Assembly (NCBI GenBank): GCA_964016885.1
Contig: OZ024742.1
Location: 217,868,001-217,932,000, forward strand
DNA: 64,000 nucleotides
Reading direction: 5' to 3'
Source of the DNA: Eledone cirrhosa
Taxonomy: Eukaryota
Both the position numbers and the translations under genes were made by a program. The notes below the pieces were generated by a model. The model had not been told where the DNA came from and did not search any database. It saw only the letters and a program-made list of their open reading frames with translations. Shown piece after piece: positions 46,001-59,925 of the stretch (position 1 is its first letter; every line of letters begins with the position of its first letter).

Positions 46001-46447
46001 CGCCCGGGTAGGGACCCCGCCAAAAAGATCTGTCCCAGATGCGTGTGCGACGAGGAAACCGTTGCACACGCATTGGTACACTGCTCGGGCGTAGCCGATC
46101 TGTGGGGCTATGTCGAACAACTGCTGTCAAGGGTGGGACCGATCCGGTTGACCACCGAGTCTATTGTAATGATCAAGCCGCCTCCCCCCTTCAAAGATGA
46201 AGCAGAGGCGGTGTTTCTGTGCGTAATAGCCATGGCGAAAGAGGTTGTATGGTGGACGCGTCTGAAAGGACTGAGGTCGGGTACCTTTCTCTCTGGCCAA
46301 CAACTGGTCCGTTTCTTCCGATATCATTTCGGAAGAAGGATCAGGATGGAGAGAGAGGTGCTGCACCCCAGCCGTTTCTATGAAAGATGGGTGAAAGTGG
46401 CGAGAATGGCCCGTGTGAATGGGCCTTCACTCTACATCAGACTATAG
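43010..46447 (+). CDS. ORF2 APE-RT, intact YADD
   Basis: As B1, with FRYHF and YIRL C-terminal variants. Confidence 0.96.
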   Translation: MAMLRVGCLNARGLGSTWKQAMLLNDLRSQRIDVMVICEARISNVRQLAPAFDDFEMHASLCQPGGGGGVVVLLQKHLGLATQMVHLDPEGRLVVLDLGSGKGGAFRLVAAYGPFGSMRPDFFHRLETFLGTSRSLLLVGDWNGILDARWDYVGACPDSEGCNSLKGLIGRFDLADRYRLDFPTAPTWTWANRSGSSRSYLDRFLVRIKDKDFLSCPKMRMVGYSDHKLVTCMVNLDRTHRQGPGYWKLNLSLPASRAYRNRISTLVKERLTGAIVNSRWWVSLKREIRVVSIEFSKVLAADRNRKERELIDRVEEAIRSGDVARVLASRTALSQFFDAKHEGCVVRSKIRALGNEGTKAVSWARVTEANSGTKSTIRSLRDLDGRAILEPKQMCEAFQRHFARLFGRGGEPVGNVDFGPYLDGLPRLSDREAKSCEEPISAAEIEDVLSQCGKRKSPGLDGLPYELYLAMPDLFPDLLEAVYCNWQQNGRIPCTVTKGVVTLVRKDENKGDEISNFRPITLLNTELQILAKVLAKRLALVVGNLVGDAQTCAIPSRSIHDNLHLMRYIIERVGNEPGFGGALINLDQSKAFDRVDHGYLDAVLAAAGFGPVFRGWITAMHSSRICSRVKVNGYLSEPFKIARSIRQGCPLSSLLYVLTLEPLLRKLELLQGIPLEPGLRKAVSAYADDVTVMVSTASEIEAVGTLLEEYEKFTGAKLNRDKSIGLQLGTWRGRPMPSDGVVGRWTEGPVKLLGVWFGPDLQVEKNWAEVTNRVFALTQKWASCKLSLKGRAEVANTYIASVIYYRLTVVPCPRETLTKMERALFQFLWKRRAPMVRRSICCQHPSKGGLGMPWLMMRKHALRLRHLYVFLTGQPVWASFVRRTFPRLVSLTELQSWVKQRPRKLGAWHTECAQALTALWQADPVISGDSTATFYRGLVRSRCDDALGEALDMEEDELASLFGRTFSPGPMDNFQKSLAWQCYRGALPVRERLYRHGRPGRDPAKKICPRCVCDEETVAHALVHCSGVADLWGYVEQLLSRVGPIRLTTESIVMIKPPPPFKDEAEAVFLCVIAMAKEVVWWTRLKGLRSGTFLSGQQLVRFFRYHFGRRIRMEREVLHPSRFYERWVKVARMARVNGPSLYIRL

Positions 46448-46730
46448 GTGAGGAAGATGAAAGACCAAGGGAGCACCCCTTCTCTGTGCTCCTGAGGAGA
46501 AGGGTTGCACACTTTTTTCGGGGGTGTGTGCGACCCCCCAAGGCGCCTCCTCTCTATTGAGGATTTTGTTAAAAATTTCATTTTTTGTTATATCTTATTT
46601 TATTTTTATATTTTGTTATTGCCTCCTCCTTATTGAGGACGCCTTTTTGTGTAAACTCCCCCCTTTGTACTTGTCCCACTTTTAATGCCCTAGTGGCAAA
46701 TAAAAGAAACATATCTATCTATCCTGATAG

Positions 46731-47079
46731 GTGCTCCACCCCAGTCGTTTTTATGAAAGGTGGGTGAAAGTGGCGAGAATGGCCCGTGTGAATGGGCCTT
46801 CTCTTTACATAAGCCTGTAGGTGGAAAAGAGGAAGGAACGAGGGAGCACCCCCTCTCTGTGCTCCTGAGGAAAAGGGTTGCACACTTTTTTCGGGGGTGT
46901 GTGCGACCCCCCAAGGCGCCTCCTCTCTATTGAGGATTTTGTTATAAATTTTATTTTTTGTTATATTTTATTTTTAAACATTGTTATTGCCTCCTCCTTA
47001 TTGAGGACGCCTTTTTGTGTAAACTCCCCCCTTTTTACTTGTCCCACTTTTGATGCCCTGGTGGCAAATAAAAGAAACA
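46731..47079 (+). mobile_element. Short 5'-truncated family B copy (B4) with a 15-bp TSD
   Basis: tatctatcctgatag at 46716-46730 and 47080-47094. Confidence 0.92.
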
Positions 47080-47087
47080 TATCTATC

Positions 47088-50093
<3,006 letters not shown>

Positions 50094-50218
50094 CTCCCTG
50101 ATGACGTAAGGCTTCTCTACAGGTATTACATAACTGTATTTATCCCCTTACAGAAACTAATTAGTTGGAGTGAAATTTTAGTAAGTAAGTCAATTTTCAT
50201 AACTTTCTTATTTACGTC

Positions 50219-50315
<97 letters not shown>

Positions 50316-50405
50316 TAGAAGGGATATTTAATTTGTTGGAAGTCCGACAAATATAAATGTTTATAACTGATTTAGAGCACTCAACAAAATAGTGGAGTAA
50401 ATATT

Positions 50406-50722
50406 CAATGATATTAAATAAATGGAAACTATATTTATAAAACCATATTTATTTTATATATATTTCAAGGGTACCAAGATACATTGGTACGCTTTCCTCA
50501 GATAAAATACAAAGTTTGTTTCATAAATAGAGACATACCTATGAAAATTCTATCCAGAGAATATCCAACCGATAAGGTATGATTTTCATGGGTATGTCTC
50601 TATTTATAAAACAAAGTTTGTATTTTATCTGAGGAAAGCGTACCAATGTATCTTGGTACCCTTGAAATATATATAATAAAATAAATATGGTTTTATAAAT
50701 ATAGTTTCCATTTATTTAATAT

Positions 50723-50727
<5 letters not shown>
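50406..50727. repeat. Inverted repeat (arms ~50406-50548 and 50582-50727) carrying a hammerhead; inverted pLTR-like
   Basis: Arms are reverse complements; the right arm ends in (TA)n. Confidence 0.9.
50621..50683 (+). ncRNA. Type I hammerhead ribozyme
   Basis: tattttat CTGAGGA aagcgtaccaa-tgtatc-ttggtaccctt GAAA tatata TA ataaaata; 8-bp stem I, 10-bp stem II, AUA triplet. Confidence 0.85.
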
Positions 50728-50786
<59 letters not shown>

Positions 50787-50830
50787 GGAGAGATAAACAG
50801 ACAGAACAAAAGCATGTAATCTAGTAAATA

Positions 50831-51264
50831 CTATCAGAATGGCCCGGCGTTGCTCGGGATTCTAAACATAGATTGGCATGTTTATCCCTCCTTTCTGAAA
50901 CAGTTTCGTCGTATGTTCACCAATTGATGCAGAAGTCCTAATAAAAAGTGAAGTCGCCTTGGGTGAATAGGCTAATAAATACGTTTGTTTATATTTTGTT
51001 TTTGTGTATGCAAAATACACGAATATATAATTATATATATATATATATATTAAAATGACAGATTAAAGTTTAAGCAAAGAATCGCTGCTTTCACCCTTAA
51101 CGGGATCTTCTGAAACTAAAAAAAACCAATCTGTGAACACAGAAGTAAATATTTCGAAAAACGTTGCAACCGAAGGAAAACAGGAAGTCGATACTTTGGT
51201 TCGTGAAGACGTTCCCTGACAATGAACGGAAAATAGCGAACATAATACGTCAGCAATGAGAAGA

Positions 51265-51309
<45 letters not shown>

Positions 51310-51549
51310 TAGCGAAGTCATAATGTCGTAATGCAGATAGCCAGACATACAGACAGATATTATAAGGGCGCGACGTTCCGGCGCCTAATACGGTACCTAT
51401 GGCATTGAACATTTGAAATATATTTTTCTCAAAACACTCACAGGACCATAAGTAGTATTACATGTGTAAAGTTTGAAAACAATAGGTTAGGTGGTTCTCG
51501 AGTTTTAGGGAGTCAGACAGACAGACATTCTCCGTTTTAGATATATAGA
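50831..51549 (-). mobile_element. Non-autonomous Helitron
   Basis: Minus-strand 5' TCTATATATCTAAAA...(TGTC)n and 3' hairpin cccgagcaacgccggg identical to that of 6825-7772; terminal CTAG mutated to ATAG. Confidence 0.75.
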
Positions 51550-52099
51550 TATGTTTGATAATGATTAAAGAAAATATGGAAGAACATTATTGTAATTGAT
51601 TTAAATGAATTTAAAATAAAATACAGTGATTCAAGAACCAAGAAATAGAATGTTGTAATCTAGGAGTTATTAAAATAAACATTTGACGGGTATTATGCTA
51701 GTAGATAAATAATATTGATGTGAGGGTTATGTCACTTCCCCAGACGTATGGATGGTGTTTTGGGATCTAGTCTTCCATGCAAGCCCATTGAATATTTATT
51801 CAGATTGGCATTCGATTAAATCGATCTCAGTACTTGACTGCTAGTTTATTTTAACGACCCTGAAATGCAAATATGGCCTCAGCGGGATTTGAACTCTGAG
51901 CACAGAGAACCAGAAAAAAAATGACCGAAGATATTGTATCCGATACTCTTAGAAAAATGGGCGATCAACTCCATAAAATTAATTGCTCTGGGCGTGTAGT
52001 GCATTGGCGTCGGCGGTAGACTTTAGAAACTACCACGACGGTTTACCGTGGCTCTCGTTTGAAAAAGCGAAGAACTGAAAACCCGATAACAGCAACTAA

Positions 52100-52600
52100 A
52101 ATATGGATAGCTAAGGGGTTGACAGAGCGATAAATTGCCTGGTTTGTATGGTTTGCCAGATTTATTCGTTGAAGTCTTGGCAGACGTCTGCTTCAGTCGA
52201 CAACAGAACAGGAAAACTTCCAGTTATTTGAGTCGAGAAGTTATACCGTTGTTGAGAAAAGATGCGATCAAGAGGAACGCAATGGACAATTTTCTGGCTA
52301 TAGTTTGTTTAAATGCAGAATTTAAGATTTTCGCCAAAATGTTATTGAAGTATTCGCTTGTTGTCGGTAGTTTTGCAGTAAAAGCACAGACTTGCACAAT
52401 CTCGAACAGACAAGCTCTATCTCATCCTTTACATTGTCGAGAATGTGGGTAATAAATTTAGCCTTAGCTCAGCGATACTTGGTGGCTGCACTCAAAGCAG
52501 TTAGTTCGGGTCTCGTTTCCAGGAGTTGGAAGGCATTAGTGTACAGCAGCATGCTTGATCCGTCAAGGTTGTCTTCTCTTATTTCTTCTGTGTGCATTGG
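52100..52600 (+). pseudogene. Highly decayed Tx1 RT fragment
   Basis: PGLYGLPDLF...LLRKD...DNF...LNAEFKIFAKML...AQTC, RQGC. Confidence 0.7.
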
Positions 52601-52650
52601 CTGTCGGTATATTTAATTATTTGTGTTATCGTCTATTTTCATTATTTACA

Positions 52651-52830
52651 CGGTTGATTGGCAGTATCGGTAGAGGGTCGGACGCCATGCTTTCCAGCAT
52701 AGTTACGTCCCTTTACGATCTGAGTTCAAATCCCGCCGAGGTTGACTTTGCCTTTCATCCTTACGGGGTCGATAAAATAAAGTACCAGTAATGCACTGGG
52801 TAATTGCTGGCCTTGTGCCTAAAGTAGATA
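52651..52830 (+). mobile_element. tRNA-derived SINE
   Basis: Same family as 55772-56888; B box gagttcaaatcc. Confidence 0.8.
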
Positions 52831-52914
52831 CAATTAGTTACACGTATGTAAACTCTCACTGCTTTGTATCCTTTTACTTTGTCATTGCCAATTTGTGGCT
52901 TTATAAATATATTA

Positions 52915-55705
52915 TTAGCGTTAGAGAAAAATAGAAAGGAGGGGGAGCTGGTAGATAAGTTAGACGAGGCTATTTGTAGTGGCATCGCAACTGACGTGCT
53001 AGCGGCGAGAATGGCATTAGACCATTTCTTCAACGCCAAACACGAAGGTTGCATTGTCAGAGCTAAGGCGTGTGCTCTGAGAAACGAGGGAACTAAAGCT
53101 GTTCGATGGGCCCGCATGGCGGAGGCGCAGCGTGGTAATAAAACCACAATTCGGTCTTTGGCGGACCGAGACGGGCACGAGATAAGCGATTCCAAGCGGA
53201 TGTGTGAGGCCTTTCGCCAGCACTTTGCTCGGTTGTTCAGGGAGAGTGGCGAGTCAGAGAGAGTAGCGGATTTCAGTCCCTACCTTGACGGCTTGCCGCG
53301 CATCTCGACGGTCGACGCTGAGCGCTGCGAAAGGCCGATTACTTCAGCCGAAATTCGGCTGCATGAGGCGCAAGTCACCCGGTTTGGATGGCCTGCCCTA
53401 CGAGCTTTACGTAAATATGCCAGACTTGTTCTCCGAACTCCTCGAAGCACTCTGCTGCAACTGGCAGCAGAATGGGAGTATTCTGTGAGCAGGGGAGTGG
53501 TGACGCTGATAAGGAAAGACGAGAACAAGAGGGATACATTAGACAACTTCAGGCCCATAACTCTGCTCAACACAGAGTTTAAGATTTTGGCCAAGGTGTT
53601 AGCAAAGAGATTGGCGCTCGTCGTCGAGGATTTGGTTGCGGAGGCGCAAACTTGCGCAATCCCAGCCATGTACATACACGACAATCTCCACCTCATGCGA
53701 TATATCATAGAGAGGGTAGGGTGTAAACCTGGCTTCGGTGGGGCACTGATCAATTTAGATCAATCGAAAGCATTCGATAGGGTCGACCATCGGTATCTGG
53801 AGTTTGTCCTCAAAGCAGCTGGCTTCGGCCCTGTCTTTAGAAGCTGGATCGTTGCAATGCACAGCGGCACACGCTCGGTGGTCAAGGTTAATGGCCACCT
53901 CTCGGAATCATTTCGGCTCTCCCGATCGGTCTGTCAAGGGTGCCCTCTCTCTTCCCTTCTGTACGTATTGACTCTCGAGCCTTTACTGCGGAAGCTGGAG
54001 CTGTTGCAGGGCATCCCGCTCGAACCGGGACGTGGAAAAGCGGTGTCGGCTTATGCGGACGACATCACCGTGATGGTGTCGAACACCTCAGAAATCGAGG
54101 TGTCGGCACCTTATTGAAGGAATATGAAAGGTTGGCAGGAGCCAAACTTAACCCGGAAAAGTCGGTGGGCTTGCAGCTCGGAACCTGGTGAGGCAAGCCC
54201 ATGCCGTCCAACAGCGTCGTGGGGCGTTGGACGGACGGACCGGTAAAGTTGCTCGGGGTTTGGTTCGGACCAGACCTCCAGGTGGAAAAGAATTGGGACG
54301 AGGTAACGAGCAGAGTAGCCAGTCTCACTCAAAAATGGGCTGGGAGGAAGCTATCACTGAAAGGTCGCGCGGAGGTGGCGAATGCGTACATCACGTCCGT
54401 CATCTACTACCGCCTGACCGTCGTGCCTTGCCCCCGTCCGCGCCTCGTCAAGTTGGAACGGCTCCTCTTCAAATTCTAGTGGAGGGGACAAGTTCCGTTG
54501 GTGAGGCGGTCCATCTGCTGCCAGCACCCTCTACGTGGAGGGCTGGGCATGCTGTGGTTAATGATGCGCAGACATGTGTTGAGGCTGCGACATCTCCAGA
54601 TATTCTGCCTCAACGGTGAACAGGTGTGGTCGTCGTTTATCAGACGGGCCTTTCCGCAGCTCATTTCTTTGACTGAGCTGCAGTCCAGGGTCAAGAAGAG
54701 ACCGAGACTGGGTGAGTGGCACCTGGAATGTTGCCAGGCAATCACTGCCCTCTACCAAGCGGGCAATGCGATCAGTGGAACTTCCACTCTCGAGTTCTAT
54801 AGAGGATTAGTGGTGGGCAAGTGCGATGACGCACTCGGAGAAGCTTTGGGCCTCGACGAAGTCGAACTGACCAGTCTGTACCGGAGGACTTTTGAGCCGG
54901 GGACGATGGACAATTTCCAAAAATCCCTCGCTTGGCAGTGCTACCGGGGGGGGGGGGAACTGCCGGTTAGGGATAAACTCTACAGGCACGGAAGTGCTGT
55001 CAGATGGACCTGCCCAAGCTGCGCACAGAATGACGAAACCGTTCTGCACGCACTTGTCCAATGTCCGTGCATTACTGACTTGTGGAGTTATGTCGAACAG
55101 CTACTGTCGCGTGTGGAACGAATCCGGCTATCGGCTGAGTCCATAGTGAAGATCGATCCACCGCCTTCCTTAGGTCAGGAAGAGCAGGAAATTTTCCTCT
55201 GTCTGGTGGCAGAGTAGCGAAAGAGGTTGTATCGTGGACGAGGTTGAAAGGACTGAAGACAGACACTTTTCTCTTCGGCCAATCCCTCATCAACTTTTTC
55301 AAGTTTCACCTGGAAAGGAAGGTGAGGGTGGAGAGAGAAGTGCTGCTCCCCAGTACATTTACTAAAAGGTGGATGAATGTGGCGAGAATTGCCCGTGTGA
55401 ATGGGCCTACTCTGACCATGCGTCTAAGGCTAGCTAACTTGAGGAGAGGGGTGCTTTCCCTGGGTGCCCTAAAAGCGCAGGGTGGTTCAGGATTGGTGGG
55501 CTACCCGAGTCACCCCAGGGTCGTCCACCCCCTATCGGGGAATTTATTTTGTTATATTTATGCATAGTTTATTTTATATTTTTATATTTTCATTGTTAAA
55601 TTAGTCTTGCCATTGTGCACTTTTACTCGACCTTATTGTAAACCCCCACTGTTCCTGTCTTTGTATTGTCCCCTACATGTCGGCCCTTGTGGATAATAAA
55701 TGAAA

Positions 55706-55707
<2 letters not shown>
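52915..55707 (+). pseudogene. 5'-truncated, disrupted Tx1 copy D ending at (ATT)n
   Basis: LALEKNR through RT (YADD) to ARVNGPTL; stops and frameshifts; 3' gcccttgtggataataaatgaaatc then (ATT)n at 55708-55761. Confidence 0.92.
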
Positions 55708-55761
<54 letters not shown>

Positions 55762-55771
55762 GTCATTACGA

Positions 55772-56888
55772 GAGCGGTGGATTGGCAGTATCGGTAGAGC
55801 CGTGAACTACATATTTACAGCTCTTTACGCTCTGAGATCAAATTCCCACGAGGTTAGCTTTGCCTTACATCCATACGGGGGGGGGGGGGGGGGGTCGATA
55901 AAAGAAAGTACCAGTTACTGGGATCGATTTAATTGACTTTCCCTTCCTCAAAAATTGCTGCTGTGTGCCTAAATCAGAAACCATTATTATCGGTGGATTG
56001 GCAGTATCGGTCGAGGGTCGGACGCCATGCTTCGACGCATAGTTATACGGCCCTTGCCATTCTGAGTTCAAATCCCGCCGAGGTTAACTTTGCCTTTCAT
56101 CCTTACGGGGTCGATAAAATAAAGTACCAGTAATGCACTGGGTAATTTGCTGGCCTTGTGCCAAAAGTAGAAATAATTATTATTATTGTCATTAGGGTGG
56201 TGGATTGGCAGTATTGGTAGAGGCTCGGACGCCATGCTTTGCATCATAGAGTTACGGCTCTTTATGATCTGAGTTCAAATCCCGCCGAGGTTAACTTTGC
56301 CTTTCATCCGTACGGGGTCGATAAAATAAAGTACCAGTCACGCACAGGGGTCAATTTCATCGACTTCTCCCTCCCCCCAAAATTGCTGGCCTTGTACCTA
56401 TATAAGAAACCATTATTGTCATTACGAGAACGGTGAATTGGCAGAGCGGTGGACAAAATGCTTTGCAGTATATAGTTATGACCCTTTGCGTGCCGAGTTC
56501 AAATCCCACCAAGGTTAGCTTTGGCTTTCATCCTTACGGCGTCGATAAAATAAAGCACCAGTAATACACTGGGGTCGATTTAATCGCCCCCCCCCCCCAC
56601 CAAATTGCTGGCCTTGTGCCCATAGTAGAAATCATTATTATTATCATAAAAAAAATAATAAAGAAAGCATTATTATTATTTCATTACGAGAGCGTTGGGT
56701 TGGCAGTATCGGCAGAGCGGCATATAGTTATGGCCATTTACGTGCTGAGTTTAGATTCCGTCAAGGTTAGTTTTGTCTTTCGGCGTTGATAAAATAAAGT
56801 ACCAGTAACGCACTTGAGTCAATTTAATCGATTCCCCTTTACCTTCAAATTGCTGGCTTTGTGCTAAAAGTAGAAACAATTATTATTG
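55772..56888 (+). mobile_element. Head-to-tail array of five diverged tRNA-derived SINEs separated by (ATT)n tails
   Basis: Units start near 55772, 55991, 56195, 56431 and 56690; each has ttggcag...ga(g)ttcaaat...gataaaataaagtaccag...aattgctggccttgtg. Confidence 0.88.
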
Positions 56889-57437
56889 TTATTTCGAGGC
56901 TGTTGCTGCTGTAGTAGTACTATTTGTATCGAACAACTAGTACTATTACAGCAGCAACTTTCTGTAGAAGTAGTGGTGGTAGTGGTAGTAGCAGTAGTCG
57001 TAGTGGTGGTATGTCCAGTACATTGGCGCAGATGATTCGAGAACATGCAATAGTGGACAGTTCAATGCAAGAGCATCTTTCTTTTATTCTTTCTTTACCC
57101 ATTGCGGCAGGTCACTACTGACTAGTGAACGCGAGCAGGTGCAGTGTTATTGATGGGATAATGCCTGAGAAATTGTTGTTGGATCAACAATGGCATCAAT
57201 TCATATGTGACAACAGGAGGATGGAATGAAGAAGGTAAACGCAGTGTGATACAAGATCATTTGACAATTTCTACGTGATTAACTCAATCAGTAAAAGTCA
57301 AGAATTTCTATAGAAACACATTTCTCAAGCTGAACAGTTTCCAATGTTTTATATTAACGCTAGCATAAAGCACGCTTTGTCTTCGTCAATTTTAATGTCT
57401 AATGCATCTTTCCTTTCTCCTTCACATTTTAATCACA

Positions 57438-57570
57438 GAATAGGCTGTATAGTTGAGTAGGTCGCTTTGGAATCACAGGATTCATGGTTCAATTCCACTG
57501 CATGTCACCTTGGGGAAGTGTCTTTTACTTTAGTTTCGGTTCGATGCAAGCCTTGTGATAGAAATATATG
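57438..57570 (+). mobile_element. Decayed tRNA-derived SINE (second family)
   Basis: B box ggttcaattcc followed by caccttggggaagtgtctt; related to 62828-62985. Confidence 0.6.
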
Positions 57571-58098
57571 ATAAATATAAACTATATACAATCATGGTGA
57601 ATAGTTTATGCCCGTTCTTCCGTGGTAGATTTAATTCTTCATCCGTTTTGACACCACCACAACTTCAGCCGTGGTGTGCCTTTAGAGGAGTTCACTTTGT
57701 TACAAGCATATGGGACCAGGTTTTCGATCTGAGGAAGTTTTGAAATCTTAATGTGCTCCTTTCGGTAGCCGCTCACGAGTTCAGGCTGCATCCCACACAC
57801 CGCCCATCCACACACTAGCTTTTGAGACTCCGCAAAAGGCCATAGGCATGGCTCCATCTCTTCAAACTAATTAATAAAAAAAAAAAGAAACATTACTATT
57901 CAGTTAAACCCCTTTAAATTCTGAATTGAAATTATGGAAGGTTTGTCTTTGTTTTTCCCCGGTGGAAGAAGGTGATGAATTAAATATTTGTCGATAAAAT
58001 AATTTCTTGGGGTTGGTAGATTTAATCGATGCTCCCACCAGTATTGTATTCTTGTATCAACGCTGGAAATCCTTATTATGAGGGCAGTGGATGACAGA

Positions 58099-58194
<96 letters not shown>

Positions 58195-58212
58195 ACACAC
58201 ACACACAAACTC

Positions 58213-58910
58213 AACGTGCCGCCTACAATCCGCAAGTGCAACATTATCAGTGGATTTGGTTGATGCCCTGTCCATGGCCAACATTGGTAGCCTGCACAGT
58301 CAGGGTGAGCTCCGCATCCCCATTGCATTCAGAGTAGGAGCTGATGCCTATGGGTTGTTGAAATGCTGCTGTTAGGTCCCTTGATTCCACAGGTCTTCAT
58401 GATTTGTCATGCCGCTTCAATGTTGGTCGCATTGCTCGCCATACTGAACTAAACTTTATTTAGCGTGACTCGGATAAATATACCCCCAAATCTGGATTTC
58501 CAGAATTGATGGGAAGAGACCAGAATGCCTTACCCTTTGTCCTTGAGTAAGAGGTAGATGTCTCCTTTGTCCTTGAGTAAGAGGTAGATGTCTCCTTTGG
58601 GACGCCATAGTCAGTGACTTTATCGCTCCTTCCCATATCCTAGATGTAAGGTTCACTGCTTCTGTTCATAGTGATATAAGGTTCACTGCTTCTGTTGCCG
58701 AACGGAATAAAATCCTAAAATACCGGGAATTATCGACAAACTATTTTTTCCAGCCTGTGGCTTTGGAGACGTTTTGGGGAGCTGGGTTGATGACGTGAAA
58801 TTCTTGTCGACGTTAGGGTCTTACCGAGGTATCTGGTGATGCTCGTGAGGTTGCTTAGTTGTTCCAGCACTTTAGCTTCGCTATCACCCATGATAATGCC
58901 GACATCAGGC
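58213..58910 (+). pseudogene. Decayed CRE-clade 3' region (Zn finger plus restriction-like endonuclease)
   Basis: GLHDLSCR...GRIARHTELN, DGKRPE.LTL.P, LLWDA.VSD, KYREL, PVALET. Confidence 0.7.
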
Positions 58911-59527
58911 TGGCTTGCCTCAAAAATTATTAGAGGGAGAAACCAGCTCCCTTTATCGGAATTACTGCTTGTGTATATGTTTTACGTGCATATGTATTAT
59001 GTGAGCAGTGGGGGCGTATTATTGTTTATCTTAATAATCAAGTTTGAAATATATATATATATATGTATATATAGATATCTACATACACACACAGTCACAC
59101 ACAAAATCATACACATGTTAGTCGTGGTACAAAACCAGCCTTTTCCCAAATACACGCACACTCACACACAACTACACATACACGCACAAACATACCTATA
59201 TCCTTACATAACAACATCGCACGCAGCTATTCCTGATAATCTAACTAGCGCTGACTAACAAACAGATTTGCTGAGCTTGTCAGATTGACAAAACATCTTG
59301 CATTTTACACAATGTATTTGTTTCAAGATATGCTAATGTCTTCGTTTCTTATGCAGATTTTTGTTATCTTGTCAGGCAAAAACTTGATTCTACCTGAGAG
59401 ATTTACAGTGTACACAGATAACAGAGTGAAAACATCTGAACTTATCCACAATATGTCACCGTTTCGAGGAGATAGCAGATTTGGATATTTATCACATGTA
59501 ATACATACAAATATATTTGTGGGTATG

Positions 59528-59645
<118 letters not shown>

Positions 59646-59779
59646 AATTACACGAGTCCAGCCTCCTCTCATTTTATAATATATGTGTATATATATATAT
59701 ATATATAAAGAAAAAGAGATGAAATCGAAAATGCAACTGAAGTCTTATTTTTTTTAAAAATATATATATTTATTTGGTT

Positions 59780-59817
59780 CCTTTACCGGTTTCGCAGTTC
59801 TTCTGCTTTTCAAAAGG
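59780..59817 (-). ncRNA. Hammerhead variant, inverted arm copy
   Basis: Exact reverse complement of 59888-59925. Confidence 0.75.
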
Positions 59818-59887
59818 TGAGTTGAGATGGAGGGTCTGTGGTTTTTCTCAGATGTGAGAAAAACCACAGACCCTCCATCTCAACTCA

Positions 59888-59925
59888 CCTTTTGAAAAGC
59901 AGAAGAACTGCGAAACCGGTAAAGG
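59888..59925 (+). ncRNA. Minimal type I hammerhead with U3-A8 core variant
   Basis: cctt TTGAAAA gcag-aagaa-ctgc GAAA ccgg TA aagg. Confidence 0.78.

Larger units (their letters stand above)
41025..46710 (+). mobile_element. Full-length Tx1 family B copy B3 (45-bp ORF1 deletion, divergent 3' end)
   Basis: ORF1 is 567 aa; SNPs from 46279 onward. Confidence 0.97.

Noticed and set aside
50094-50130. CTGATGAcgtaagg at the truncation point of C
   Set aside because: GAAA strand missing; possibly a PLE tail fragment, but not supportable as a ribozyme.
57724-57755. CTGAGGA agtttt GAAA tctTA
   Set aside because: Stems I-III are too weak; likely chance.
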